Shown in pieces: positions 29,813 through 38,804 of a stretch of 54,827 nucleotides of DNA; the stretch's first letter is position 1; every line of letters begins with the position of its first letter. The stretch is from a virus (taxonomy: Duplodnaviria > Caudoviricetes), in IMG/VR virus record IMGVR_UViG_3300032282_002669, positions 1 to 54,827 of that record. One strand, given 5' to 3'. The notes below the pieces were generated by a model. The model was not told the DNA's origin. It saw nothing but the letters and a program-made list of their open reading frames with translations, and did no database searches. Both the position numbers and the translations under genes were made by a program.

Positions 29813-31282
29813 ATGTCATTTCCGATATCACCATCAAATAACCAAATAGCATTAGTAAATGGTATTGAGTATTACTACCTTACCACTAAAGGTGCATGGT
29901 ATCGCTATGGCGATGGAAGTGCCAATGTAATTACATCTAATACATTTCAAGTATTAAGTTCAATCATATTTTCTGATGGTACTTCACAAACAACTGCAGC
30001 AAATCCTACCGATGCATATGCTAGAACTACAGCCAATACTGCAACAAGTAATATTGTAATTCTACAAGGTGTCGATACTACTCAGAACACCAACATTACA
30101 ATTGCTAATAATGCGGCTCAGGCTGCGTTTGCACAAGCTAATGCAACTGCCGGTGGTTTGACCACAGCTAACACTAACATAACAGTAATACAAGGTGTGG
30201 ATGTAGGTCAAAATACTCGTATGACAATCATTGAGGGTGTTGATACAACTCAAAACACCAATATTACTATAGCAACTAATGCTGCAACGGCAGCTTTTGC
30301 TCAAGCCAATGCTACTGCCGGTGGATTAACTACGGCAAACACCAGATTAACTGTTGTTGAAGGTGTTGATACTACTCAGAACACCAACATTACAATTGCC
30401 AACAATGCAGCTCAAGCTGCGTTTGCACAAGCCAATGCAACTGCTGGTGGATTAATAACTGCTAACGCCAGAATTACCATATCTGAAGGTGTAGATGTAA
30501 CACAGAACACCAATATTACAAACACAACTACTTTAGCACAAGCTGCTTTTGATAAAGCCAATTCTTCTTATACATTGGCCAATACTGCAAATAGTAAATC
30601 AACTACTAGTTCTACTTCATTTACATCTGTTGTAGATACATTTACAGGTAATGGAAGTCAAACACAGTTTACTCTGTCTGTTGTACCTGATACAGAGAAC
30701 AGTACATTTGTTTATTTAAATGGTGTGTATCAAAACAAATCCACATACTCGGTAGTTGGTGCCAATGTTGTATTCACCGATACAGCAACTGCAAATGATA
30801 CTATTGAAGTAACTACTGTTGCTGGTAGTGTTATGAATGTAAGTCCTGCTGGTTACTCAACAAGAATCTATCAAGGTAATGGATCAACCACAGCATTTAC
30901 AATTAGTGCAGGTCAAACTGCCAACACCGTTATGGTGTTCAACAACGGTATCTGCCAATTCCCCGTTACGGACTATACAGTAAGCGGAACTACACTAACA
31001 TATATTGTAGCACCACAGTCCGATGAAACGGTACAGATTCGGGAACTACCAATAAATACATTAGTTGCAATCACACAACCATATTTAAGAAGATATACTG
31101 CCAATGGAGTTCAAACAACATTTACAGTAACATCAGGTCAATCAGCCAACTCAATGTTTGTATATGAGAATGGTGTATGTCAAATGCCTATTAATGATTA
31201 CACAGTAAGTGGAACAACATTGACCTTTACTACAGCACCTAGTTCAGATAAAGTAATTCAAATTAGAGAAATGCCAGTTTAA
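29813..31282 (+). CDS. Fibre/hub protein with three C-terminal FTGNG-type repeats
   Basis: MSFPISP N-terminus; QNT/AQAAF shaft; three domains of pattern xNGxxTxFT...V..NG..Q...Y.V.G. Confidence 0.7.
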   Translation: MSFPISPSNNQIALVNGIEYYYLTTKGAWYRYGDGSANVITSNTFQVLSSIIFSDGTSQTTAANPTDAYARTTANTATSNIVILQGVDTTQNTNITIANNAAQAAFAQANATAGGLTTANTNITVIQGVDVGQNTRMTIIEGVDTTQNTNITIATNAATAAFAQANATAGGLTTANTRLTVVEGVDTTQNTNITIANNAAQAAFAQANATAGGLITANARITISEGVDVTQNTNITNTTTLAQAAFDKANSSYTLANTANSKSTTSSTSFTSVVDTFTGNGSQTQFTLSVVPDTENSTFVYLNGVYQNKSTYSVVGANVVFTDTATANDTIEVTTVAGSVMNVSPAGYSTRIYQGNGSTTAFTISAGQTANTVMVFNNGICQFPVTDYTVSGTTLTYIVAPQSDETVQIRELPINTLVAITQPYLRRYTANGVQTTFTVTSGQSANSMFVYENGVCQMPINDYTVSGTTLTFTTAPSSDKVIQIREMPV

Positions 31283-31291
31283 GGATAAAGA

Positions 31292-33001
31292 ATGTCATTT
31301 ACAAAAATATCAAGTACAAATATTGCCAATGGTGCCATTACTTTTGCACAAACAGCTGCTGGTGCTTTTACATTAATACCTACAATTACTAATGTTCAGA
31401 TTGCTGATGCATCATATAATGTTCTAGATGATACGGCAGCAAATACTGGTGGTGGTTATGTTGTTATTACTGGATCAAATTTTGGATCTAATTCACAAGT
31501 AATTATTGGTACAACTAATGCTACCAGTACAACATATGTAAATTCAACCACTATTCGTGCTCAAGTACCTGCTTTATCCGCTGCAACATATTCTCTTTAT
31601 GTTGTAGATAATACTACTGGCGCTACTGCAATTAAAGTAAATGGTTTAACATACAGTTCATTTCCAGCATGGTCAACAGGATCAACATTAACCAATCAAC
31701 AATCAGGTACTTCTTTTGGAATTAATGTAAGTGCATCATCAGATTCTAATATTACATATGCAAATACAACAGCATTACCTACTGGCACTACATTAGCTGC
31801 TAATGGATATTTTTCAGGTACAGTTACGGTGGGTTCACCAACAACATACTCATTTGATGTTAAAGCCACAGACGTTGAAAATCAAGATGCAACAAGAACA
31901 TTTAGTTTAACAGTAATATTGCAAGAAATAAAATTATGGTCTTGGGGTTTAGGTAACGTTGGTCAATTAGGAATTAATACATCACCATCTTATAGATCTA
32001 GTCCGGTGCAAATAGGTGCGGGCACAAATTGGTATGGTTTAGGTTCTTCGAGCCTGAATCACTTTGCTATAAAAGATAATGGTACGTTATGGAGTTGGGG
32101 TGGCAACCAAAATGGAGCAAATGGCCTAAATGATATAGTTTATAGATCCAGTCCAACACAGGTTGGTTCATTAACAAATTGGTCAAAAATTAGTGCAGGT
32201 GATGGTGCTGTTGTAGCTATTAAAACTGACGGTACTATGTGGTCATGGGGATGGAATGCATTTGGCCAGTTAGGATTAAATAATGGTTCAGTAAATAAAT
32301 CCAGTCCAACACAAATAGGATCAGGAACAAATTGGTCTTTTGCTGAAATTTCTGGCCAAAGTGGACTGTATGGAGTTGCAATCAAAACTGACGGCACACT
32401 ATGGAGTTGGGGATTAAATAACAACGGACAATTGGGTGTAAACAATCGTACCAGCAACGAGTCCCCGGTACAAGTAGGTGCAGGCACAAATTGGAGTAAA
32501 GTTACTATAGCTATGAAAGCTACATTAGCAATTAAAACTGATGGTACATTATGGTCTTGGGGTGATGGTAGTAATGGATGTTTAGCTGATAATAATTTCA
32601 ATGCCTATAGGTCTAGTCCGGTTCAAGTTGGTGCAGGTACAACTTGGTCATTAATTTCTGCTGGAGCTCATGTATTGGCTATCAAAACTGATGGCACACT
32701 GTGGTCTTGGGGACAAAATGCTAGCGGACAGTTAGGACAAAACGATGTTAATTCTTTAGCATCACCCAGACAAATAGGTACAGATACCAGTTGGAGTAAA
32801 ATTTCTGCAGGTAGTTCAGTTTCGGGTGTAATTAAAACTAATGGTACTTTATGGATTTGGGGAGGTGGTACCAACGGACAATTAGGACTAAATGACTCTG
32901 TGGGTCGTTCAAGTCCAGTACAAGTTGGTACAGGAACAAATTGGTCACAAATAATGTCAACAAAAGGTTCTACTTCTATGTTAGCATTAACTTTAAATTA
33001 A
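31292..33001 (+). CDS. IPT/TIG + Ig-like + RCC1 propeller protein
   Basis: PTITNV...GGYVVITGSNF (IPT/TIG-like); LPTGTTLAANG..SGT...F.V.ATD (He_PIG/cadherin-like); about 7 RCC1 blades. Confidence 0.85.
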   Translation: MSFTKISSTNIANGAITFAQTAAGAFTLIPTITNVQIADASYNVLDDTAANTGGGYVVITGSNFGSNSQVIIGTTNATSTTYVNSTTIRAQVPALSAATYSLYVVDNTTGATAIKVNGLTYSSFPAWSTGSTLTNQQSGTSFGINVSASSDSNITYANTTALPTGTTLAANGYFSGTVTVGSPTTYSFDVKATDVENQDATRTFSLTVILQEIKLWSWGLGNVGQLGINTSPSYRSSPVQIGAGTNWYGLGSSSLNHFAIKDNGTLWSWGGNQNGANGLNDIVYRSSPTQVGSLTNWSKISAGDGAVVAIKTDGTMWSWGWNAFGQLGLNNGSVNKSSPTQIGSGTNWSFAEISGQSGLYGVAIKTDGTLWSWGLNNNGQLGVNNRTSNESPVQVGAGTNWSKVTIAMKATLAIKTDGTLWSWGDGSNGCLADNNFNAYRSSPVQVGAGTTWSLISAGAHVLAIKTDGTLWSWGQNASGQLGQNDVNSLASPRQIGTDTSWSKISAGSSVSGVIKTNGTLWIWGGGTNGQLGLNDSVGRSSPVQVGTGTNWSQIMSTKGSTSMLALTLN

Positions 33002-33004
33002 TCC

Positions 33005-33142
33005 ATGCCAACTAAATTAATTGGAGATAGCTTTGCTCCAGGATCCATTACAGTTAACCAAATTACCGTTGGTGCTTTAAATTCCAAAATATTTTCTGTA
33101 CAAGTAACAAATTCATCTTACCTAATAAATAAAACAATATGA
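33005..33142 (+). pseudogene. 5' relic (45 codons) of an additional IPT-RCC1 paralog
   Basis: Translates as MPTKLIGDSFAPGSITVNQITVGALNSKIFSVQVTNSSYLINKTI*. It aligns with the 33139 N-terminus (MTTQITANNITAGTITSTQLLPGSLAPRISSISICDASY) up to SSY. Not in the supplied ORF track. Confidence 0.7.
33124..33131 (+). promoter_or_regulatory. Late promoter variant AATAAATA, 7 nt before ATG
   Basis: Directly upstream of 33139; no SD. Confidence 0.55.
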
Positions 33143-34836
33143 CAACACAAATTACCGCAAATAATATTACAGCAGGAACAATTACATCAACACAATTGCT
33201 TCCTGGTTCTTTAGCACCAAGAATATCTTCTATTTCTATTTGTGATGCATCTTATAATATTCTGGATGACACCGCAGCCAATACTACCGGCGGTTACATT
33301 CAAATTTCTGGAGCCAATTTTGGATCCAATTCACAAATTGTTATTGGAACAAACAATGCAACTTCCGTAACATTTGTAAACACTTCAACAATTAGGGCTC
33401 AGGTAGGTGTTGCAGCAGCCGCAACTTATCCTGTGTATGTTATTGATACTGATACTGGTGCTACCGCAATTAAAGTAAATGGATTATCCACTAGTTCATT
33501 CCCAGCATGGAGTACCGGTGCAACATTAACTGGCCAAAACTCTGGCAATTTTTTTGGCATCAATCTTAGTGTTTCATCTGATTCTAATATTACATATGCA
33601 AATACAACTGCATTACCAGCCGGTACCACATTAGCAGCCAATGGATATTTTTCAGGTACAGTTTCTATTGGTTCTACAACAACATACAATTTTACTGTTG
33701 ATGCTAAAGATGCTGAAAATCAAAATGCAGTTAGGTCATTTAGTATGACAGTAACAGTAATACCAGCAACAAAATTGTGGTCTTGGGGAAATAACAATCA
33801 AGGTCAATTAGGACTTAATAATTATACCTATAAATCTAGTCCAACACAAATAGGAACAGGTGTTGCTTGGGCAAATACATCTATTGGTCAACAACATAGT
33901 GCCGCTACCAAAACCGATGGAACTTTATGGACGTGGGGAAGAGGCGCTGAAGGCCAATTAGGTCTTGGTACCACAATAGAATATTCCTCGCCTAAACAGG
34001 TTGGCACAGGAACAACATGGAGTAGTGTAGTCGTTAACAATACTGGCACCGGATTTACAGCGGCAATCAAAACTGATGGCACTTTATGGTTGTGGGGAAG
34101 AAATAATTATGGAAGATTGGGCACAACTTATGGACACAAATCCAGTCCAGCACAAGTTGGAGCATTAACAACATGGAGCCAAGTTTCTCTTGGCCATACT
34201 CATACTGCTGCTGTTAAAACTGATGGTACTTTGTGGACATGGGGCCTTGACAGTTATGGAGCATTAGGTCTTAGTGTTTTATCACCTTACATAAACAGTC
34301 CTACACAAGTTGGCACAGGAACAAATTGGAAAAGTGTTTCACTTGGTCCAAGTTTTATGGGAGCCATAAAAACTGATGGTACTTTATGGTTATGTGGATA
34401 CGGTGTATATGGCAGATTAGGTTTAGGTGACAGTACTAATAAGTCTAGTCCAGTACAATTAGGTACTGACACGAATTGGAGTATGATTAGTTGTAGATAT
34501 TATGCTACACTTGCAACTAAAACCGATGGTACATTGTGGGCGTGGGGTAATGGTTCTCGAGGACAATTAGGACTCAATGATGGTGCAAACAGAAATAGCC
34601 CGGTACAAGTTGGCACAGGAACAACATGGAATAAAGTAAGTTCTGGCGGTCATAGTCTGGCAATTAAAACCGATGGAACTTTATGGGCGTGGGGTCGCCA
34701 AAGACTCGGAGCATTAGGATTAAACAATTCAGGAAATTATGTTTATGTATCAAGTCCTATACAAGTCGGTACAGAAACAAATTGGAGTACTATTTCTGCT
34801 GCTCTATATACTTCTATTGCCATCACTACAAACTAA
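33139..34836 (+). CDS. IPT/TIG + Ig-like + RCC1 propeller protein
   Basis: Same architecture as 31292; shared SYNxLDDTAANT and SSFPAWSTG motifs. Confidence 0.85.
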   Translation: MTTQITANNITAGTITSTQLLPGSLAPRISSISICDASYNILDDTAANTTGGYIQISGANFGSNSQIVIGTNNATSVTFVNTSTIRAQVGVAAAATYPVYVIDTDTGATAIKVNGLSTSSFPAWSTGATLTGQNSGNFFGINLSVSSDSNITYANTTALPAGTTLAANGYFSGTVSIGSTTTYNFTVDAKDAENQNAVRSFSMTVTVIPATKLWSWGNNNQGQLGLNNYTYKSSPTQIGTGVAWANTSIGQQHSAATKTDGTLWTWGRGAEGQLGLGTTIEYSSPKQVGTGTTWSSVVVNNTGTGFTAAIKTDGTLWLWGRNNYGRLGTTYGHKSSPAQVGALTTWSQVSLGHTHTAAVKTDGTLWTWGLDSYGALGLSVLSPYINSPTQVGTGTNWKSVSLGPSFMGAIKTDGTLWLCGYGVYGRLGLGDSTNKSSPVQLGTDTNWSMISCRYYATLATKTDGTLWAWGNGSRGQLGLNDGANRNSPVQVGTGTTWNKVSSGGHSLAIKTDGTLWAWGRQRLGALGLNNSGNYVYVSSPIQVGTETNWSTISAALYTSIAITTN

Positions 34837-36627
34837 ATGACTCAATACATTAAGTCTTATAATATTGCAAACAACTCACTCAGCTCAGTTGTTTTTGGTT
34901 CTGATGTTGCAAATACAATTAATACAGCTGCTATAGCATCTGCTGTGGCTATTTCTGCCAACGTGGCTGCACAAGCAGTTAATACATTTGTTACATTACA
35001 AACTCAATCAATTGCTAATACACCACCAACAATTAATGTAATATCAATTACAGATTCATCTTATAATGTTCTAGATGACACAGCAGCCAATACTGGTGGT
35101 GCATACTTACAAATTACAGGATCTAATTTTCAATCTGGTGCTATTGTTATGGTAGGTTCTAGTAACACCGCATTGACCACCACATTAGTAAACTCAAGTA
35201 CATTGAGAGCAGAGATTCCAGCCATTGCATCAGGAACTTATCCTGTATATGTGGTGAACACTAATGGTGGCACAGGTATTCGAGTTAATGGATTAACAAC
35301 AAGTTCATTTCCAGCATGGAGTACCGGTACTACATTGACAGGACAAATAAGTGGCACCGCATTTGGAATTAATATTGCAGCATCATCAGACTCTAATATT
35401 ACATATTCTAATACCACAGCATTACCAGCAGGTACAACATTATTAGCTAATGGATATTTTTACGGAACATCTAGTCCGGCTTCTACAACAACTTATACAT
35501 TCACCGCCAAAGCAACTGACGTAGAAAATCAAGATGCATCGAGAACATTTAGTGTAACCGTAACAGTACTACCCATAGGATATTTGTATAGGTGGGGAAA
35601 TAATACTGGCGTTACGCCAATATCTTCTTCGCCAGTACAAGTTGGCAGTGATAATACATGGTTAACACTAGCAACGAATAACTATCATGGTTTAGGTATT
35701 AAACAAAATGGAACTTTATGGGCTTGGGGGGATAATTCACGAGCACAGTTTGGAGTAAATAATAAAGTTAGTTCAAGTTCACCAGTGCAAGTTGGTGCAT
35801 TAACAAATTGGTTAACCATCGCTTCAGGATATTTTAGTTCTTTTGCAACAAAAACCGATGGTACATTATGGTCCTGGGGGAATGCAACTTATGGAGAATT
35901 AGGTATTGGTGTTAATGGAGCAAATAGGTCTAGTCCAGTACAAATTGGTGCATTGACTAGTTGGAGTAATGTAGTAGCTGGACAATATTATTTTGCAGCA
36001 TTAAAAACTGATGGAACAATATGGGGTTGTGGATATATTAGTTATCCAAATGGATTTGGTGGTAGCGTTCCTTCACAATTAGGATCAGATACCAATTGGA
36101 GTAAAATTTATGCAGGAAGAAGAAGTTTTTCTGCAATTAAAACAACAGGAATATTATTAACTCAAGGTTATAATTATCATGGAGAATTAGGCCAAAATAC
36201 GACCGTTGACAATTATACTATGACAGCTGTTGGTTCAACAAGTTGGGATTCAGTTTCTATGGGCTCAAACCATGCTTTAGGTATTAAAACTGATGGCACA
36301 TTATGGAGTTGGGGTTACAATCGCAACGGACAATTAGGATTAAATAGTGCTGCTGGTTCCGATAGATCCAGTCCAGTGCAAATTGGTACAAATAACAATT
36401 GGCAATTAGTAAATGTTAATGGTTATAATAGTATATTTTCGTCAGATGGCATTGGTCATGCAATTAAAACTGATGGCACGTTATGGGGATGGGGACAAAA
36501 TAATCAAGGACAATTGGGATTACCGGATTTAATTTCTAGGTCCAGTCCGACTCAAGTTGGTACAGGAACATCTTGGAAAAATATAAAATCAGGTAGAACT
36601 GGCGTTATTGCTATTTCATCATCTTAA
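34837..36627 (+). CDS. IPT/TIG + Ig-like + RCC1 propeller protein
   Basis: Same architecture; TAAATG coupling to the upstream gene. Confidence 0.85.
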   Translation: MTQYIKSYNIANNSLSSVVFGSDVANTINTAAIASAVAISANVAAQAVNTFVTLQTQSIANTPPTINVISITDSSYNVLDDTAANTGGAYLQITGSNFQSGAIVMVGSSNTALTTTLVNSSTLRAEIPAIASGTYPVYVVNTNGGTGIRVNGLTTSSFPAWSTGTTLTGQISGTAFGINIAASSDSNITYSNTTALPAGTTLLANGYFYGTSSPASTTTYTFTAKATDVENQDASRTFSVTVTVLPIGYLYRWGNNTGVTPISSSPVQVGSDNTWLTLATNNYHGLGIKQNGTLWAWGDNSRAQFGVNNKVSSSSPVQVGALTNWLTIASGYFSSFATKTDGTLWSWGNATYGELGIGVNGANRSSPVQIGALTSWSNVVAGQYYFAALKTDGTIWGCGYISYPNGFGGSVPSQLGSDTNWSKIYAGRRSFSAIKTTGILLTQGYNYHGELGQNTTVDNYTMTAVGSTSWDSVSMGSNHALGIKTDGTLWSWGYNRNGQLGLNSAAGSDRSSPVQIGTNNNWQLVNVNGYNSIFSSDGIGHAIKTDGTLWGWGQNNQGQLGLPDLISRSSPTQVGTGTSWKNIKSGRTGVIAISSS

Positions 36628-36632
36628 TCAAT

Positions 36633-36640
36633 AATAAATA
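36633..36640 (+). promoter_or_regulatory. Late promoter variant AATAAATA, 7 nt before ATG
   Basis: Directly upstream of 36648; no SD. Confidence 0.55.
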
Positions 36641-36647
36641 AACCACT

Positions 36648-38450
36648 ATGGCAAAAATATCATCAAATAATATTCTAACTGGCACAATCACTTCAGATAA
36701 ACTAGATGCATCTGTTGCCAGTAATTTAGCTTCTGCAAATAACGCTAATGTGGTTGCAACAATCGCTTCTACTGTGGCAGCTGCAGCATTTGCTTCTGCA
36801 AATACCAATGCGGCTATATTAGCAAACTCTGCGGTACCATTAATTACTACTATACAAATTGCTGATTCATCTTATAATATTCTAGATGACACCGCAGCCA
36901 ATACTACTGGTGGTTATGTTGTTATTACTGGAACAGGATTTACCAGTAATTCAACTGTCGTGTTTGGATCAACTTCTGCACCAGCAGTATCTTATGTAAG
37001 TTCAACTGTTCTTAGAGCACAAACTCCAGCACTAACTGCGGCTTCATATCCAGTTTATGTTGTTAACAGTAATGGCGGTACTGCAATTAAAATTAATGGA
37101 CTTACAACAAGTTCATTTCCAGCATGGAGTACCGGCACAACATTGACAGGACAAAATAGTGCAGTTTCTTTTGCAATTAGTTTAAGTGCTCCTTCAGATT
37201 CCAATGTAACTTATTCAAACACTACCGTATTACCAACGGGTACCACATTGTTAGCCAATGGATATTTTTATGGTGCTGTTACTGTGGCCACAACTACAAC
37301 ATATTCATTTACCGTTAAAACAACTGACGTAGAAAATCAAGATGCATCGAGAACATTTGATATAACTGTAAATGGACTACCATCTTTGTATGTTATAGGA
37401 TACAACCTTAATGGACAATTAGGATTAAACGATAGAACTTATAGATCCAGTCCTGTACAATTAGGTACGAATGTTTGGAGTTCAATAGCGCCAGGTTATG
37501 GAACAACAGCATTAATCAAATCTGATGGTACTTTATGGACATGGGGCAAAAATTCAGAAGGTCAATTAGGACAAAACGACTTAATTGAAAGATCCAGTCC
37601 TGTACAATTAGGTACAAATACAAATTGGAGTCAAGTTGCTTGCTCAACCTTTCTTGCTGCTACCTTTGCAGCAATTAAAACCGATGGCACTTTATGGACA
37701 TGGGGCCATGGTGGATTTGGAAGAACAGCACAAAATTTGGCATTAAGTCATAGGTCTAGTCCAATACAAGTTGGTGCTTTAACAAATTGGAGTAAAGTAA
37801 CTGGTTCAGCGCAAGCTTTATTTGCTATTAAAACTGATGGTACGCTGTGGGCATGGGGATCAAATTCATATGATATTCAAACATTTCCAAATCCAAGCAT
37901 TCATAGATCCAGTCCAACACAAATTGGAGCAGGAACAACATGGTTAAATGTATCGTGTGGTTATTATCATATGATGGCAACTAAAACGGATGGTACATTA
38001 TGGGGTGCAGGAGGAGATATTTTTGGCCAACTAGGACTTAATAGTACACACAATGCATATACAGCAACTTTGGCACAAGTTGGAGCTGACACTACATGGA
38101 ATTTAATTAGTTGTTCTGGTTATTCTTCTTTTGCAAAAAGATCAAACGGAACAATATGGAGTTGGGGTAGAAATGCTGTGGGTGAATTAGGACAAAATAA
38201 TTTAATTTATAGATCCAGTCCAACACAAATTGGTTCAGGAACAAATTGGAGTAAATTATTTTCAAGTGGACAATCCAACACATTTGGAATAAAATCCGAT
38301 GGAACATTGTGGTCTTGGGGTTTTGGTTCTAGTGGTGAATTAGGATTAAATTCTACAAATAGAAGATCCAGTCCAACACAAATTGGTTCAGGAACAAATT
38401 GGGCCGATGTTGCTGCAAGTGGCGGCACTACATTCATTAAAACAATTTAA
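36648..38450 (+). CDS. IPT/TIG + Ig-like + RCC1 propeller protein
   Basis: Same architecture; contains a 39-bp exact repeat (38211-38249 and 38364-38402). Confidence 0.85.
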   Translation: MAKISSNNILTGTITSDKLDASVASNLASANNANVVATIASTVAAAAFASANTNAAILANSAVPLITTIQIADSSYNILDDTAANTTGGYVVITGTGFTSNSTVVFGSTSAPAVSYVSSTVLRAQTPALTAASYPVYVVNSNGGTAIKINGLTTSSFPAWSTGTTLTGQNSAVSFAISLSAPSDSNVTYSNTTVLPTGTTLLANGYFYGAVTVATTTTYSFTVKTTDVENQDASRTFDITVNGLPSLYVIGYNLNGQLGLNDRTYRSSPVQLGTNVWSSIAPGYGTTALIKSDGTLWTWGKNSEGQLGQNDLIERSSPVQLGTNTNWSQVACSTFLAATFAAIKTDGTLWTWGHGGFGRTAQNLALSHRSSPIQVGALTNWSKVTGSAQALFAIKTDGTLWAWGSNSYDIQTFPNPSIHRSSPTQIGAGTTWLNVSCGYYHMMATKTDGTLWGAGGDIFGQLGLNSTHNAYTATLAQVGADTTWNLISCSGYSSFAKRSNGTIWSWGRNAVGELGQNNLIYRSSPTQIGSGTNWSKLFSSGQSNTFGIKSDGTLWSWGFGSSGELGLNSTNRRSSPTQIGSGTNWADVAASGGTTFIKTI

Positions 38451-38745
38451 TATATCAGGAGATTTGGGAATCAATACTGGCACACAAACTTCGAGCCCGA
38501 CCCAAGTTGGTGGTGCAGTATGGAGTAAAGTTGCGTCAACTGGACAAATGGCGTCAACCGGACATGCAGTAATGGGAATAAGAACAGATGGCACACTATG
38601 GTCCTGGGGTTACAACGACAATGGAGAGTTGGGATTGAACGACAAAGTTCGCAGATCTAGTCCTGTGCAAGTTGGCGCAGCAACAAATTGGTATAATGTT
38701 TTTGCTGCTGGTGCTGCTCAACGACATGTTATACTTTCTAATTAA
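38451..38745 (+). pseudogene. Orphan 3' fragment of an RCC1 propeller gene (last ~2 blades)
   Basis: GDLGINTGTQTSSPTQVG...IRTDGTLWSWG...RSSPVQVG...VILSN* lies in the +1 frame relative to 36648, with no credible start or SD. Confidence 0.7.
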
Positions 38746-38804
38746 CAAGTTAGTTATACAACACCTATATAATATTGTGAATTAATTATTTGAAAGGTTT
38801 TACC

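Noticed and set aside
31280-31294. Readthrough fusion of 29813 and 31292
   Set aside because: The genes are in frame but separated by two stops (TAA GGA TAA AGA ATG), with no split domain. This is ordinary stop/SD coupling.
22367-38402. CRISPR-like array suggested by regularly spaced AGATCCAGTCCA
   Set aside because: Spacing is about 150-160 nt, in frame and inside ORFs; these are coding blade repeats. No cas genes are present.
38383-38450. 5' part of ORF 38383-38745 as a real gene start
   Set aside because: It overlaps the 36648 C-terminus out of frame and is not RCC1-like until about 38451, so it was treated as a fragment.
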